From IMG/VR virus record IMGVR_UViG_3300034061_004620: DNA of 64,000 nt. One strand, written 5' to 3'. Each line of letters begins with the position of its first letter. Positions within the stretch are counted from its first letter, which is position 1. Below the pieces are notes generated by a model. It saw nothing but the letters and a program-made list of their open reading frames with translations, ran no database searches and had not been told where the DNA came from. Position numbers and translations under genes: made by a program. Of this stretch, positions 48,274 through 56,563 are shown piece by piece. Source of the stretch: a virus (lineage: Duplodnaviria; Caudoviricetes).

Positions 48274-48498
48274 ATGACCAAACGTGCCGAAATTGAAATC
48301 GAAGAAGTAGCATACAGCATAGAAGACGAAATTGGAGAAGAAGACTACGGTTTCGTCTTTGATGCAGACGGTAATTTAAAGTTTGCATTTATTCCTGAAA
48401 TCGTTCCTGACAAACCACCTAAAAACATCACCAAAATAATGAAGATCTTGGGTGTTATTGATTTAGCACAATTCCACGAAGACTTAACAATTCATTAA
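48274..48498 (+). CDS. Acidic hypothetical protein
   Basis: TAAATA near 48248 and GGAGG SD. Confidence 0.7.
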   Translation: MTKRAEIEIEEVAYSIEDEIGEEDYGFVFDADGNLKFAFIPEIVPDKPPKNITKIMKILGVIDLAQFHEDLTIH

Positions 48499-48510
48499 CA
48501 TTTTGTTCGC

Positions 48511-48539
48511 TTGACCAAAAAGATCCTTTTTGCTATACT
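48511..48539 (+). promoter_or_regulatory. Early sigma70-type promoter
   Basis: TTGACC-N17-TATACT; ATG 6 nt downstream. Confidence 0.85.
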
Positions 48540-48545
48540 AAGAGC

Positions 48546-48773
48546 ATGAAAAAGGACATGACATTTTATCTTAAGTGGCTTGCAACTTTAGTAACAATTG
48601 CAGGAGCCATTTGCACTTCTATTAACCTTTACCCATTGGGCCCGGCCCTGCTTAACTTTGGCGCCTTACTGTGGCTCATTGTTGCAATAAAATGGCGAGA
48701 GTGGAGTCTTATTGTTATAAATGCAACACTTCTTGCAATTTATACAATAGGACTTGTTATTAAATTGTTATGA
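48546..48773 (+). CDS. Small 3-TM membrane protein
   Basis: Three hydrophobic helices in 75 aa. Confidence 0.75.
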   Translation: MKKDMTFYLKWLATLVTIAGAICTSINLYPLGPALLNFGALLWLIVAIKWREWSLIVINATLLAIYTIGLVIKLL

Positions 48774-48870
48774 TTTGGATAGTTATAATTTTTGCAATAC
48801 TGGCTATTTGGGCTTACTTTGCCCACAACGACGACAACAATCATTACTAAAATAGCAACAGATCTTTTGG

Positions 48871-48899
48871 TAGACCAAAAATACCCATTTCTGTATAAT
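48871..48899 (+). promoter_or_regulatory. Early sigma70-type promoter
   Basis: TAGACC-N17-TATAAT followed by ATAGGTATAGTAA and AAGGAGC. Confidence 0.8.
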
Positions 48900-48931
48900 A
48901 TAGGTATAGTAACTAATAAGGAGCGTAACAA

Positions 48932-49204
48932 ATGAGAACAGCATTCGAAGGTCTTACTACTCAAGAAATCCGCCAAGTTTCAATGTACGGTTGCACCGAA
49001 GCGCAGATGCGCGAAGCAGTAGAGAGCAGCAGCACTTTCAAGTTCAGCGGCCCTGCAATGATCGCTGCCAGTATGATGAGCGATGCACAAGAAATGATTA
49101 GCACCGAATACGGTGAAGTTGATTTCAACCGTGCCGAAGATGCACGCCAACAGCTGAATCGTGCCAAGTGGGTTCTGTTCACTTATGTTATGGACAAGGA
49201 GTAA
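48932..49204 (+). CDS. Early hypothetical protein
   Basis: AAGGAGC SD. Confidence 0.75.
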   Translation: MRTAFEGLTTQEIRQVSMYGCTEAQMREAVESSSTFKFSGPAMIAASMMSDAQEMISTEYGEVDFNRAEDARQQLNRAKWVLFTYVMDKE

Positions 49205-49208
49205 TTGT

Positions 49209-49358
49209 ATGGCTGACCAAACTTTGCTTGATGTATTGTACAACGAGCTGATCAATCTTGACGAGATGGCCGGATGTTTTGACGAGATGACAAATATTGC
49301 CATAGACTTTCAGCGAGAGAAACTTTTTAAACAGATCAGAGAGTTGGAGGCAGCATGA
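49209..49358 (+). CDS. Early hypothetical protein (49 aa)
   Basis: AAGGAG SD before ATG 49209. Confidence 0.65.
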   Translation: MADQTLLDVLYNELINLDEMAGCFDEMTNIAIDFQREKLFKQIRELEAA

Positions 49359-49747
49359 TGCTTGACCGTAAAGTAAATTTTATTACCAAAACCGACGGTC
49401 GAGGCTACTGGTCTAACACAGTCAAGACCGTACCAATCAATCGTGTGCGTTTGGCCTACATTGATGAAGACGGCACATTTGGTGAGCTCAGGGCATACTT
49501 TGATACTAAAGAATGGGACGTTGATGCAGATGGTCTAATTTACACTGACATGATGTGGAAGCACAGTTTCCTGACTTGCATGGAAAATGTCATGGGATTC
49601 AGCCCGGACGCTATCCTTGATGTTAGTTACAGCGAGATGGGCATGCAAGGTGAAAATTATGTGAGCATGGACGTAGGCGCACAGTTTCTATTAGAGTGCA
49701 ATGCACTGTATCGATTCACAGTACACAAAGAAGCAGTAAATAGCTAA
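49355..49747 (+). CDS. Early hypothetical protein
   Basis: GGAGG SD and ATGA overlap. Confidence 0.75.
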   Translation: MMLDRKVNFITKTDGRGYWSNTVKTVPINRVRLAYIDEDGTFGELRAYFDTKEWDVDADGLIYTDMMWKHSFLTCMENVMGFSPDAILDVSYSEMGMQGENYVSMDVGAQFLLECNALYRFTVHKEAVNS

Positions 49748-49749
49748 TC

Positions 49750-49896
49750 ATGAAAAAGATTGTAAAAATACCGTATCAAAAGACTCGAGCACATCGTGTG
49801 TTGTTCGAAGCTGGCTCACCATTCAAGAGCCGTACGGTAGAAAACAAACGGCAGTTCAAACGACAACCCAAGCATCGCAAGCAGGAGGCAGCATGA
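49750..49896 (+). CDS. 48-aa basic protein, ArfA-like
   Basis: Below the ORF-track cutoff: MKKIVKIPYQKTRAHRVLFEAGSPFKSRTVENKRQFKRQPKHRKQEAA. Fills the gap and its stop overlaps the next ATG. Confidence 0.65.
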   Translation: MKKIVKIPYQKTRAHRVLFEAGSPFKSRTVENKRQFKRQPKHRKQEAA

Positions 49897-50099
49897 CCGC
49901 AGGCTGGATCTTGATTATTGCATTGCATACCACCAGTGGTCAATTTGTTGACAAGTTTGAACTTGGGCCTTTTGCTACCAAGAAAGCCTGTATGGCTACT
50001 AAAATTTCTGGACTTAATCAGTTCAAGAAAAATAAAGTGTGTGTCACAGTAGCCCACTGGGAAGGACGTGATATTGATTCTGGTGTAGCACCCGACTAA
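49893..50099 (+). CDS. Small protein with an N-terminal hydrophobic segment
   Basis: GGAGG SD; two Cys. Confidence 0.7.
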   Translation: MTAGWILIIALHTTSGQFVDKFELGPFATKKACMATKISGLNQFKKNKVCVTVAHWEGRDIDSGVAPD

Positions 50100-50109
50100 G
50101 GAGATCAAA

Positions 50110-50322
50110 ATGGAACCCAAAGACTTTAGTAATACTTTTAACCGAGCGCGACAAGAAATACGTTATGCTCAAGGGTTAGGACGCAAGCGTCAGATTATCA
50201 ATCGACAACTTGAGGAACTGCATTCTATACATATGGAAATGATAGAAGGTGCAGTGCAGGCAAAAGAAGCTCAAGGTTTTCCGGAAGCTAATCAACTTAT
50301 TGATCATATTAGGGCACTGTAA
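50110..50322 (+). CDS. Early hypothetical protein
   Basis: AAGGAG SD. Confidence 0.7.
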   Translation: MEPKDFSNTFNRARQEIRYAQGLGRKRQIINRQLEELHSIHMEMIEGAVQAKEAQGFPEANQLIDHIRAL

Positions 50323-50606
50323 TGGATATTGATAAATTGGTAGATAATATTCTCGAAGATCGTATTGCTATTACAGATCTGGATATTCCGCAAATGGAAG
50401 CTGTGATTGATTTCATGCGCGAGCACGTAGCTAACATCGACAATGATGAGTATAGAGAAGCACTAATGTGTCTGGTTGATGCAATAGAAATTTCAGCCGA
50501 AAACAGATTTGTTAACGAAGCAGCAGGTGCCTGGGACGAAACCATTGAAGCCAGTGTTGCCCGCGGCAATAGCTATTTTGAACTTGAAAATTATGTAGTA
50601 CAGTAG
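50322..50606 (+). CDS. Acidic hypothetical protein
   Basis: TAATG-coupled ORF. Confidence 0.7.
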   Translation: MDIDKLVDNILEDRIAITDLDIPQMEAVIDFMREHVANIDNDEYREALMCLVDAIEISAENRFVNEAAGAWDETIEASVARGNSYFELENYVVQ

Positions 50607-50633
50607 TATGTGGTGCTCCTTAGGCAGTATTTT

Positions 50634-50658
50634 AACCCGCTTCGGCGGGTTTCTTTTT
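50634..50658 (+). terminator. Intrinsic terminator with cUUCGg loop
   Basis: AACCCGC-TTCG-GCGGGTT followed by TCTTTTT. Confidence 0.9.
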
Positions 50659-50671
50659 GCTAAATACTCTT

Positions 50672-50971
50672 ATGAAGATCACAGATATTATCCGCAGCGT
50701 ATTAGATGTTATAGATAATGCAGAAGCTCCTGCAGAACCTGCTCTGGCCATTACCGTACAAGTTGATCCTGAACAAGAAATGCAGGACATGCAGCGTTTG
50801 GCTGGAATTTTAGATCTCGAAGATGCAGAATTTGCCAACGAACCAAACACTATTGTAGCACCAATGGGTGCTGCTTTCCCAGCCGGGGATGATGTACATC
50901 ACAGCAAAAACCCTGCAGACATTAGAACTAATGCACCCAGCATGTTTCCCGGATATCAGGCAAGGATGTAA
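50672..50971 (+). CDS. Late acidic protein (MKITDII leader)
   Basis: TAAATA at 50661-50666, then ATG. Confidence 0.7.
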   Translation: MKITDIIRSVLDVIDNAEAPAEPALAITVQVDPEQEMQDMQRLAGILDLEDAEFANEPNTIVAPMGAAFPAGDDVHHSKNPADIRTNAPSMFPGYQARM

Positions 50972-50973
50972 CC

Positions 50974-51393
50974 GTGGCTAATATTACAATCACAGTTCAG
51001 AGTTTACTTAATACAGCAGTATATAATAGCTATACCATTGACAATGGTCAAACCATTGACCAGCTTAAAACAGCCGTCAATTCAGCGCGAGGTTTTAATA
51101 GTAGTTGGTATAATATAGTTCTAAATGAACATGTGGTATCGGGATCAGCTACCTTGGCAAGTTTGGGCATTGTGTCTGGGACCAGGCTCAGAACAGCAAA
51201 TGTCATTGATAGGTTAGCTACAAAAGAATTACGACAAAAAGCCAAATTAGACTTATCGGAACTTGACCGAACAGCAGACGGTAATCCAAGATCAACTTAT
51301 GATATAACAGAGTTGCCCACACAATACAGCGGCAATAACATTGTTGATAATCCACAACCCAACGGATTGATTTTGGGAAGACCTTGGATATAA
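50974..51393 (+). CDS. Protein with an N-terminal ubiquitin-like (beta-grasp) domain
   Basis: Residues about 3-76 align by eye with ubiquitin (TIDQLK/TIENVK, TLASLGI/TLSDYNI). Confidence 0.65.
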   Translation: MANITITVQSLLNTAVYNSYTIDNGQTIDQLKTAVNSARGFNSSWYNIVLNEHVVSGSATLASLGIVSGTRLRTANVIDRLATKELRQKAKLDLSELDRTADGNPRSTYDITELPTQYSGNNIVDNPQPNGLILGRPWI

Positions 51394-51396
51394 TTT

Positions 51397-53046
51397 ATGG
51401 CCTATGTTAAACCCAGCGCCGGCCGAGGCGATCGAAGACAAAATACTACCAACTACGAGCACCCACAAGAAACTAATCTATTAGATCTCCATCGTGCCAT
51501 GGAGTATGACCTTGCAGGCAAACCTATAATTCGTGTAATCTCCAAATTGGCAGGTCCCGAAGTTGCAGGGCAAGTTACTGCATTTGGCGAACCTTTAGCT
51601 ATATCGCCTACTGCTGTTATTCAGTTAGATGCTATCTACGGAACCACAACAGATGTAATACAAACATACACCAGTGGCACAGGATCGTCAGCTGGATCAA
51701 ACGCACAGATATTTAGAGTACAATCTGGTACCACACAAGGTGGCTATGGCGTATTACGATCAAAACGATTCATGCGATATCGCCCGGGACAGGGTGTGGT
51801 CACAAGATTTACCGCAGCCTTTACACAGGGTGTAGCAGGTAGCCTACAGTTTGCCGGCTTGGCCAATCAAGAAAACAGATTGATATTTGGGTTTGATGGA
51901 GATAGATTTGGCATTTGTCGTAGCACTGGTGGCAAAGCCACTATCTTGTTAATGACCATGACTGTGGCTCCCAATGCCACACAAACTGCCACCATTACCT
52001 TGAACGGTGTGGCCTACACAGTGGTATTAAGCAACACCACTGCTGAAGTTGCCATACAGACCATTACCAATCGTGCGGGCGGATACGGCGGATGGTTATT
52101 CCAACAAACAGACGGGGCTATGTTGTGGTTGGCACCAACACTGGGACCAATGACGGGTACTTTCAGTTTTACCAGCACCGGTAATGCACAAGCCACCTTT
52201 GAAGTCAAACAAGCAGGTATAGCACAGACCGACTACTGGACCTATCAAGAAGATTGGAATGTGGACCGATTGGATGGCAGCAACACCATTGCTACCAACC
52301 CCAGCGGCATGTTGCTTGATCCTACCAAATTGAATGTGTATCAAATCAACATGCGATGGTTGGGAGTAGGAGCCATCAGTTACGCAATAGAAGATCAAGC
52401 ATCGGGAACACTGATCTATGTGCATAGAGAACACTATACTAACCAATATACCGTTCCGCATATTGATAACCCCAGCTTTAAAATTACCTATGCCGCAGTC
52501 AACACTACCAACGCCACCAATCTTGCAGTGATTGGTGCCAGCATGTATGGTGCAATAGAAGGCACCATAAATCAAAATGAGTTGACTCGTAGCAAAAACA
52601 CCAGTAAATCAAATTTGGCACAAAACCAAGTGCATCACTGCTTGACTATCAAAAACAGTGTGGTCACCAATGGCCTGGCCGGAGCCAACAATGGCAATTA
52701 TGTTATCAATGCCAAAGAAGCCATCGTCAAACAGTTGAGTTTTAGTATACAAGGACAGGATCCAGCTGATGTGTATCTATTTTTTGACCCCACCAGTTTG
52801 TCAGCGCCACACTTGTACAACAATATCAACTACAACAATGAAGTGTTTAGCACTGTCACAGGCACATTCAATCTTGCCATAGATACTGCTATTTGGTCCG
52901 GCATTGTGGGTATCAATGGCACAATCAATATTGATCTCAGTGCTTATCGTATTACCATACCACCCGGTAGTCAAGTCAGCATTGCTGTAGAAAGTACCGG
53001 GTCAATAAGTCGCATGGACTGTTCGCTAACTTGGTCAGAAGATTAA
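51397..53046 (+). CDS. Putative virion structural beta-rich protein
   Basis: Late operon; Thr/Gly/Ser/Asn-rich; RYRPGQG and NVYQINMRWLGVG lectin-like segments. Confidence 0.6.
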   Translation: MAYVKPSAGRGDRRQNTTNYEHPQETNLLDLHRAMEYDLAGKPIIRVISKLAGPEVAGQVTAFGEPLAISPTAVIQLDAIYGTTTDVIQTYTSGTGSSAGSNAQIFRVQSGTTQGGYGVLRSKRFMRYRPGQGVVTRFTAAFTQGVAGSLQFAGLANQENRLIFGFDGDRFGICRSTGGKATILLMTMTVAPNATQTATITLNGVAYTVVLSNTTAEVAIQTITNRAGGYGGWLFQQTDGAMLWLAPTLGPMTGTFSFTSTGNAQATFEVKQAGIAQTDYWTYQEDWNVDRLDGSNTIATNPSGMLLDPTKLNVYQINMRWLGVGAISYAIEDQASGTLIYVHREHYTNQYTVPHIDNPSFKITYAAVNTTNATNLAVIGASMYGAIEGTINQNELTRSKNTSKSNLAQNQVHHCLTIKNSVVTNGLAGANNGNYVINAKEAIVKQLSFSIQGQDPADVYLFFDPTSLSAPHLYNNINYNNEVFSTVTGTFNLAIDTAIWSGIVGINGTINIDLSAYRITIPPGSQVSIAVESTGSISRMDCSLTWSED

Positions 53047-53056
53047 ACCAAAACAG

Positions 53057-53106
53057 TTGACATACTTCTCTTAGTATACTATACTCAACACACAATTCTA
53101 TAAATA
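53057..53106 (+). promoter_or_regulatory. Tandem sigma70 and late promoters
   Basis: TTGACA-N17-TATACT (53057-53085) and TATAAATA (53099-53106). Confidence 0.8.
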
Positions 53107-53112
53107 CACGCT

Positions 53113-54819
53113 ATGTTATTTGGATCACTAATCATGTTGGTGGCCATTACCATTTCGGCAATTGCTGCTTGGTATTCGGTCGCTGGTCTTACTGCCATAT
53201 TCAGTGCAGCAGTCATCCCTGTTATCATCATGGGAGGCGCACTGGAAGCCGGTAAATTGGTTGCCACGGTTTGGCTACACAACAATTGGCGTAGAGCCGG
53301 TTGGGCATTTAAAACATATCTGATTCCTGCCATTGTGTTTCTCATGCTGTTGACCAGTATGGGTATATTTGGTTTCTTGAGCAAGGCACATTCGGATCAA
53401 AGCCTGGTAACCGGTGATGCCACCAGCCGGGTTGCCATCTATGATGAAAAGATTGCCACCGAACGAGAAAACATAGCACAAGCAAAGAAGGCACTTGAGC
53501 AAATGAATGCACAAGTAGATCAAATGCTTGGTAGAACAGATACAGAGCGTGGAACAGAGAGAGCAGTTGTTATTCGTAAACAACAGGCCAAAGAACGAGC
53601 CGCGTTACAAACAGAAATTGCAAAAAGTCAAAAAAACATACAACAGTTACAGGCTGAACGAGCACCATTTGCTGCTGAAGCCAGAAAAGTAGAGGCCGAA
53701 GTAGGACCAATAAAATATATTGCTGCTCTTATATACGGCGACAATCCTGACCAAAACGTTCTTGAGCGGGCTGTACGTTGGGTTATTATTCTTATTGTTG
53801 TTGTATTTGATCCATTGGCTCTAACACTTATTCTTGCTGCCAACAAACAGTTCGAATGGGCAAGAGCCGGTAAGGGTGGTTGGGTACATGATGAGGAAGA
53901 AAAAACGGTTTCAGCAGTTACCGCGACAGAAGAACCAAAAGAAGAGTCGCCACCTCAACCTGATTATCCGGCCGATGATGGACCTCTCACCGAGGATCAA
54001 TTGAAACAAATTCAAACTACTGTAGATTGTGGCAACTGTCCTAAGTGTGAAACAAAACTAACATACGCACCAGGTATTGGTCCATTCTGTCCCAACAAAC
54101 AATGTGATGTTGTAGACGGGATCAACACAGTTGGTAGTACTGAGGAATTTTTTGAACAAGCACATTTTGCAGCACAAACAGCAGACATGTTAGATGAACA
54201 GCAACGTGCCGAGTATGCCAACCAAGAAATAAGCAAGATTGAACCCGAACATGATCTTGATATACCGGTACTGGAAAATGAAGAAATGTGGGCCAGTAGG
54301 GTAATAGACGAACAGGCAAAAGGTCTGCTCGAGCCGCCGCCTTCACCGCCGAATGTACCAATGGCCAAAATAGAGCCCGAGCCTGCCACACCTGCGGTTG
54401 ATGAATTTAACACTCCGATACGTAGGGGAAATGACTACGCAGTAAGATACAAGGGCAAAGTTTATAACCTGGATGCATTCAATAAACTGTATCCCAGCAT
54501 GGCCATCAGCGCCGATAACGACAGATTAGAAGAAGCCAGCCAGTGTGGATTTGGAGATAGATTTCCTGAATCTCCCATGAAAGGCGATATGTTTATAAGA
54601 ACAGACTATTTACCAGATCGCTTATTTAAATGGAATGGCACCAAGTGGATAGAAGTTGACAAAAACTCTACTGACAGCTATACTTACAATCAAGCCTATA
54701 TACAGCATCTTATTAGCAAGCTCGAAGCAGGCGAATATGAAATTGAGGATTTGAGTGATGCTGAGCAGGCACAGGTAGAACAACAAATTGAAGAAATTTT
54801 AAAAACCAAACGTGTATAG
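53113..54819 (+). CDS. Multi-TM membrane protein with coiled coil, Cys ribbon and acidic tail
   Basis: About three N-terminal TMs, a coiled coil, a further TM and CGNCPKC...CPNKQC. Confidence 0.8.
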   Translation: MLFGSLIMLVAITISAIAAWYSVAGLTAIFSAAVIPVIIMGGALEAGKLVATVWLHNNWRRAGWAFKTYLIPAIVFLMLLTSMGIFGFLSKAHSDQSLVTGDATSRVAIYDEKIATERENIAQAKKALEQMNAQVDQMLGRTDTERGTERAVVIRKQQAKERAALQTEIAKSQKNIQQLQAERAPFAAEARKVEAEVGPIKYIAALIYGDNPDQNVLERAVRWVIILIVVVFDPLALTLILAANKQFEWARAGKGGWVHDEEEKTVSAVTATEEPKEESPPQPDYPADDGPLTEDQLKQIQTTVDCGNCPKCETKLTYAPGIGPFCPNKQCDVVDGINTVGSTEEFFEQAHFAAQTADMLDEQQRAEYANQEISKIEPEHDLDIPVLENEEMWASRVIDEQAKGLLEPPPSPPNVPMAKIEPEPATPAVDEFNTPIRRGNDYAVRYKGKVYNLDAFNKLYPSMAISADNDRLEEASQCGFGDRFPESPMKGDMFIRTDYLPDRLFKWNGTKWIEVDKNSTDSYTYNQAYIQHLISKLEAGEYEIEDLSDAEQAQVEQQIEEILKTKRV

Positions 54820-55171
54820 TAACTTTATAACCCCTCCGGATTTTGTTGAAGATCAATTCCACACTGTGACTGTGGTCAATGCCACTGACCAGGAAGTTGA
54901 ATTGTTAGGTCGTATGTGCAAAGGCAGCGACGATCAATTCAACATTTATCTTTACAAAGCAGCCATGAATGACTTGCCATGGTTAAAAAAGGCCGTGGAT
55001 TTGAGTGATGCTGTGATAGTCAACACCGACGGCTTAGACAGTGTTCTCGAGGATCTGCTGGTTTTAGACAAAACACATTATTATGGCCAGCGTGACTTTT
55101 TGGTCAAAGCTCAGCAAGTGCAAAATGTGTTTCAGTATTTTGCTGTAAGATATCACGAACAAAATAAATAA
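54812..55171 (+). CDS. Hypothetical protein
   Basis: Overlap-coupled ORF. Confidence 0.7.
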   Translation: MYSNFITPPDFVEDQFHTVTVVNATDQEVELLGRMCKGSDDQFNIYLYKAAMNDLPWLKKAVDLSDAVIVNTDGLDSVLEDLLVLDKTHYYGQRDFLVKAQQVQNVFQYFAVRYHEQNK

Positions 55172-55411
55172 ATGATGTTTGATAAATCTAATAAAGTTAC
55201 CGGTAACCGAGTTGTAGTTGTAAACGACAACGTTGAAAAAGCTCTACGCAAATTCAAAAAGAAAGTGGCCGAAAGCGGACTGCTGCAAGAATTGCGCGAG
55301 CGCGAACACTACGAAAAACCCACCACTGCACGTAAAAAGGCCAAAGGTGCAGCGCGACGCCGCTGGAAAAAACGTTTGGCTGACGAGCAGCTACCCAAAA
55401 AACTATTCTAA
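55172..55411 (+). CDS. rpsU: 30S ribosomal protein bS21
   Basis: [33 protein letters not shown] signature. Confidence 0.93.
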   Translation: MMFDKSNKVTGNRVVVVNDNVEKALRKFKKKVAESGLLQELREREHYEKPTTARKKAKGAARRRWKKRLADEQLPKKLF

Positions 55412-55656
55412 TGTACGTGGAGTTTCGCTTGCCAATGGGTGCAGGCGGAGCAGCCGCGGGCACAGCTCTTGCTCAAATCAATATAGACATAGATAATTGG
55501 GTAAGGAACAACAATATAAAACACTGGAAATGTAAACTTCACAAGTACACATATAGATTGTGTTTGAGCGGTGCTGAAGATTACACACATTTTGCGTTGA
55601 CCTGGGATCCTGAATATGCAGCATCACGAAATTTTGAATTTAAAAATCCAAAATAG
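55411..55656 (+). CDS. Small hypothetical protein (ends DYTHFALTW)
   Basis: TAATG-coupled ORF. Confidence 0.65.
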   Translation: MYVEFRLPMGAGGAAAGTALAQINIDIDNWVRNNNIKHWKCKLHKYTYRLCLSGAEDYTHFALTWDPEYAASRNFEFKNPK

Positions 55657-55687
55657 TTGCAATCAATCACAAAATCGTGTATAAATA
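55657..55687 (+). promoter_or_regulatory. Overlapping sigma70 and late promoter of hsp20
   Basis: TTGCAA-N17-TATAAA, where the -10 element is TATAAATA. Confidence 0.7.
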
Positions 55688-55745
55688 TACATGTAGCGCC
55701 GACAGGGCTACACAGTCATACTTGCTTATTTGAAAGGAGAAAATT

Positions 55746-56198
55746 ATGACACAATTCAGTATCAACACCCTTGACCTTCCACAACTATCTGCACAAATCC
55801 ATCGTCATGCGATTGGTTTTGATCGCTTGTTTGACGAGTTAGGCCGTACCTGGGCTAACAGCGCCAAAGCAGAAAACTATCCTCCATACAACATCATTAA
55901 AGTTGATGAAAACAACTGGGCTATCCAAGTTGCAGTTGCCGGCTTTGGAGAGGATGAGTTAGACATTGAACGCAAGGACAATGTTTTATACATCAAGGGC
56001 GAGCGTAAAGCCAAAGACGAACAAGAGTATATCCACCGTGGTATCAGTGCTCGTACTTTCAATCGCTCATTTACTCTTAATGAAAATGTTGAAGTAAAAG
56101 GTGCCACAGTAATTAACGGCATCTTGGCAATCAGTCTTGAGCATATTGTTCCTGAAGAACAAAAGCCCAAAAAGATTGCAATCACTTTTGCTAAGTAA
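55746..56198 (+). CDS. Small heat shock protein Hsp20 (IbpA-like)
   Basis: IGFDRLF, NYPPYNI, AVAGF, YIHRGI..R.F.R.F.L and GIL motifs. Confidence 0.95.
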   Translation: MTQFSINTLDLPQLSAQIHRHAIGFDRLFDELGRTWANSAKAENYPPYNIIKVDENNWAIQVAVAGFGEDELDIERKDNVLYIKGERKAKDEQEYIHRGISARTFNRSFTLNENVEVKGATVINGILAISLEHIVPEEQKPKKIAITFAK

Positions 56199-56210
56199 TA
56201 TAGTGTAATA

Positions 56211-56235
56211 CAGTAGGAGCATCCTGCTCCTACTG
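56211..56235. other. Perfect 10-bp hairpin between hsp20 and clpS
   Basis: CAGTAGGAGC-ATCCT-GCTCCTACTG with no U-tract. Confidence 0.75.
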
Positions 56236-56251
56236 AAATTTGAATACTACA

Positions 56252-56563
56252 ATGAGTAAAGCCGAAACTATTAACAAACCTAAAATTGCAGTAAAACAAA
56301 CTATCCAACCTCCAAGTTTGTTTAACGTTATCTATATGAACGATAATGTAACAACCATGGAATTTGTTATAGAAAGCTTGAAAAGTATTTTTCATCATGA
56401 TGAAAATACTGCATATGAACTAACCAAAAAAATACACGAGGATGGTAGCAGTATAGTAAAAACTCTGCCATACGAAATTGCTGAGCAAAAAGGTGTCGAA
56501 GCAACCTTGTTGGCTCGTACAAATGGATTTCCTCTTTCAATTAAACTCGAACCAGCCAATTAA
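56252..56563 (+). CDS. clpS: ATP-dependent Clp protease adaptor ClpS
   Basis: VIYMNDNVTTMEFV, IHEDG...V...YEIAEQK and FPL motifs. Confidence 0.93.
   Translation: MSKAETINKPKIAVKQTIQPPSLFNVIYMNDNVTTMEFVIESLKSIFHHDENTAYELTKKIHEDGSSIVKTLPYEIAEQKGVEATLLARTNGFPLSIKLEPAN

Noticed and set aside
55877-56398. Long minus-strand ORFs (also 47753-48388, 22055-22459, 52096-52575 and others)
   Set aside because: Antisense shadows of well-supported + strand genes, with no RBS, promoter or recognisable motifs.
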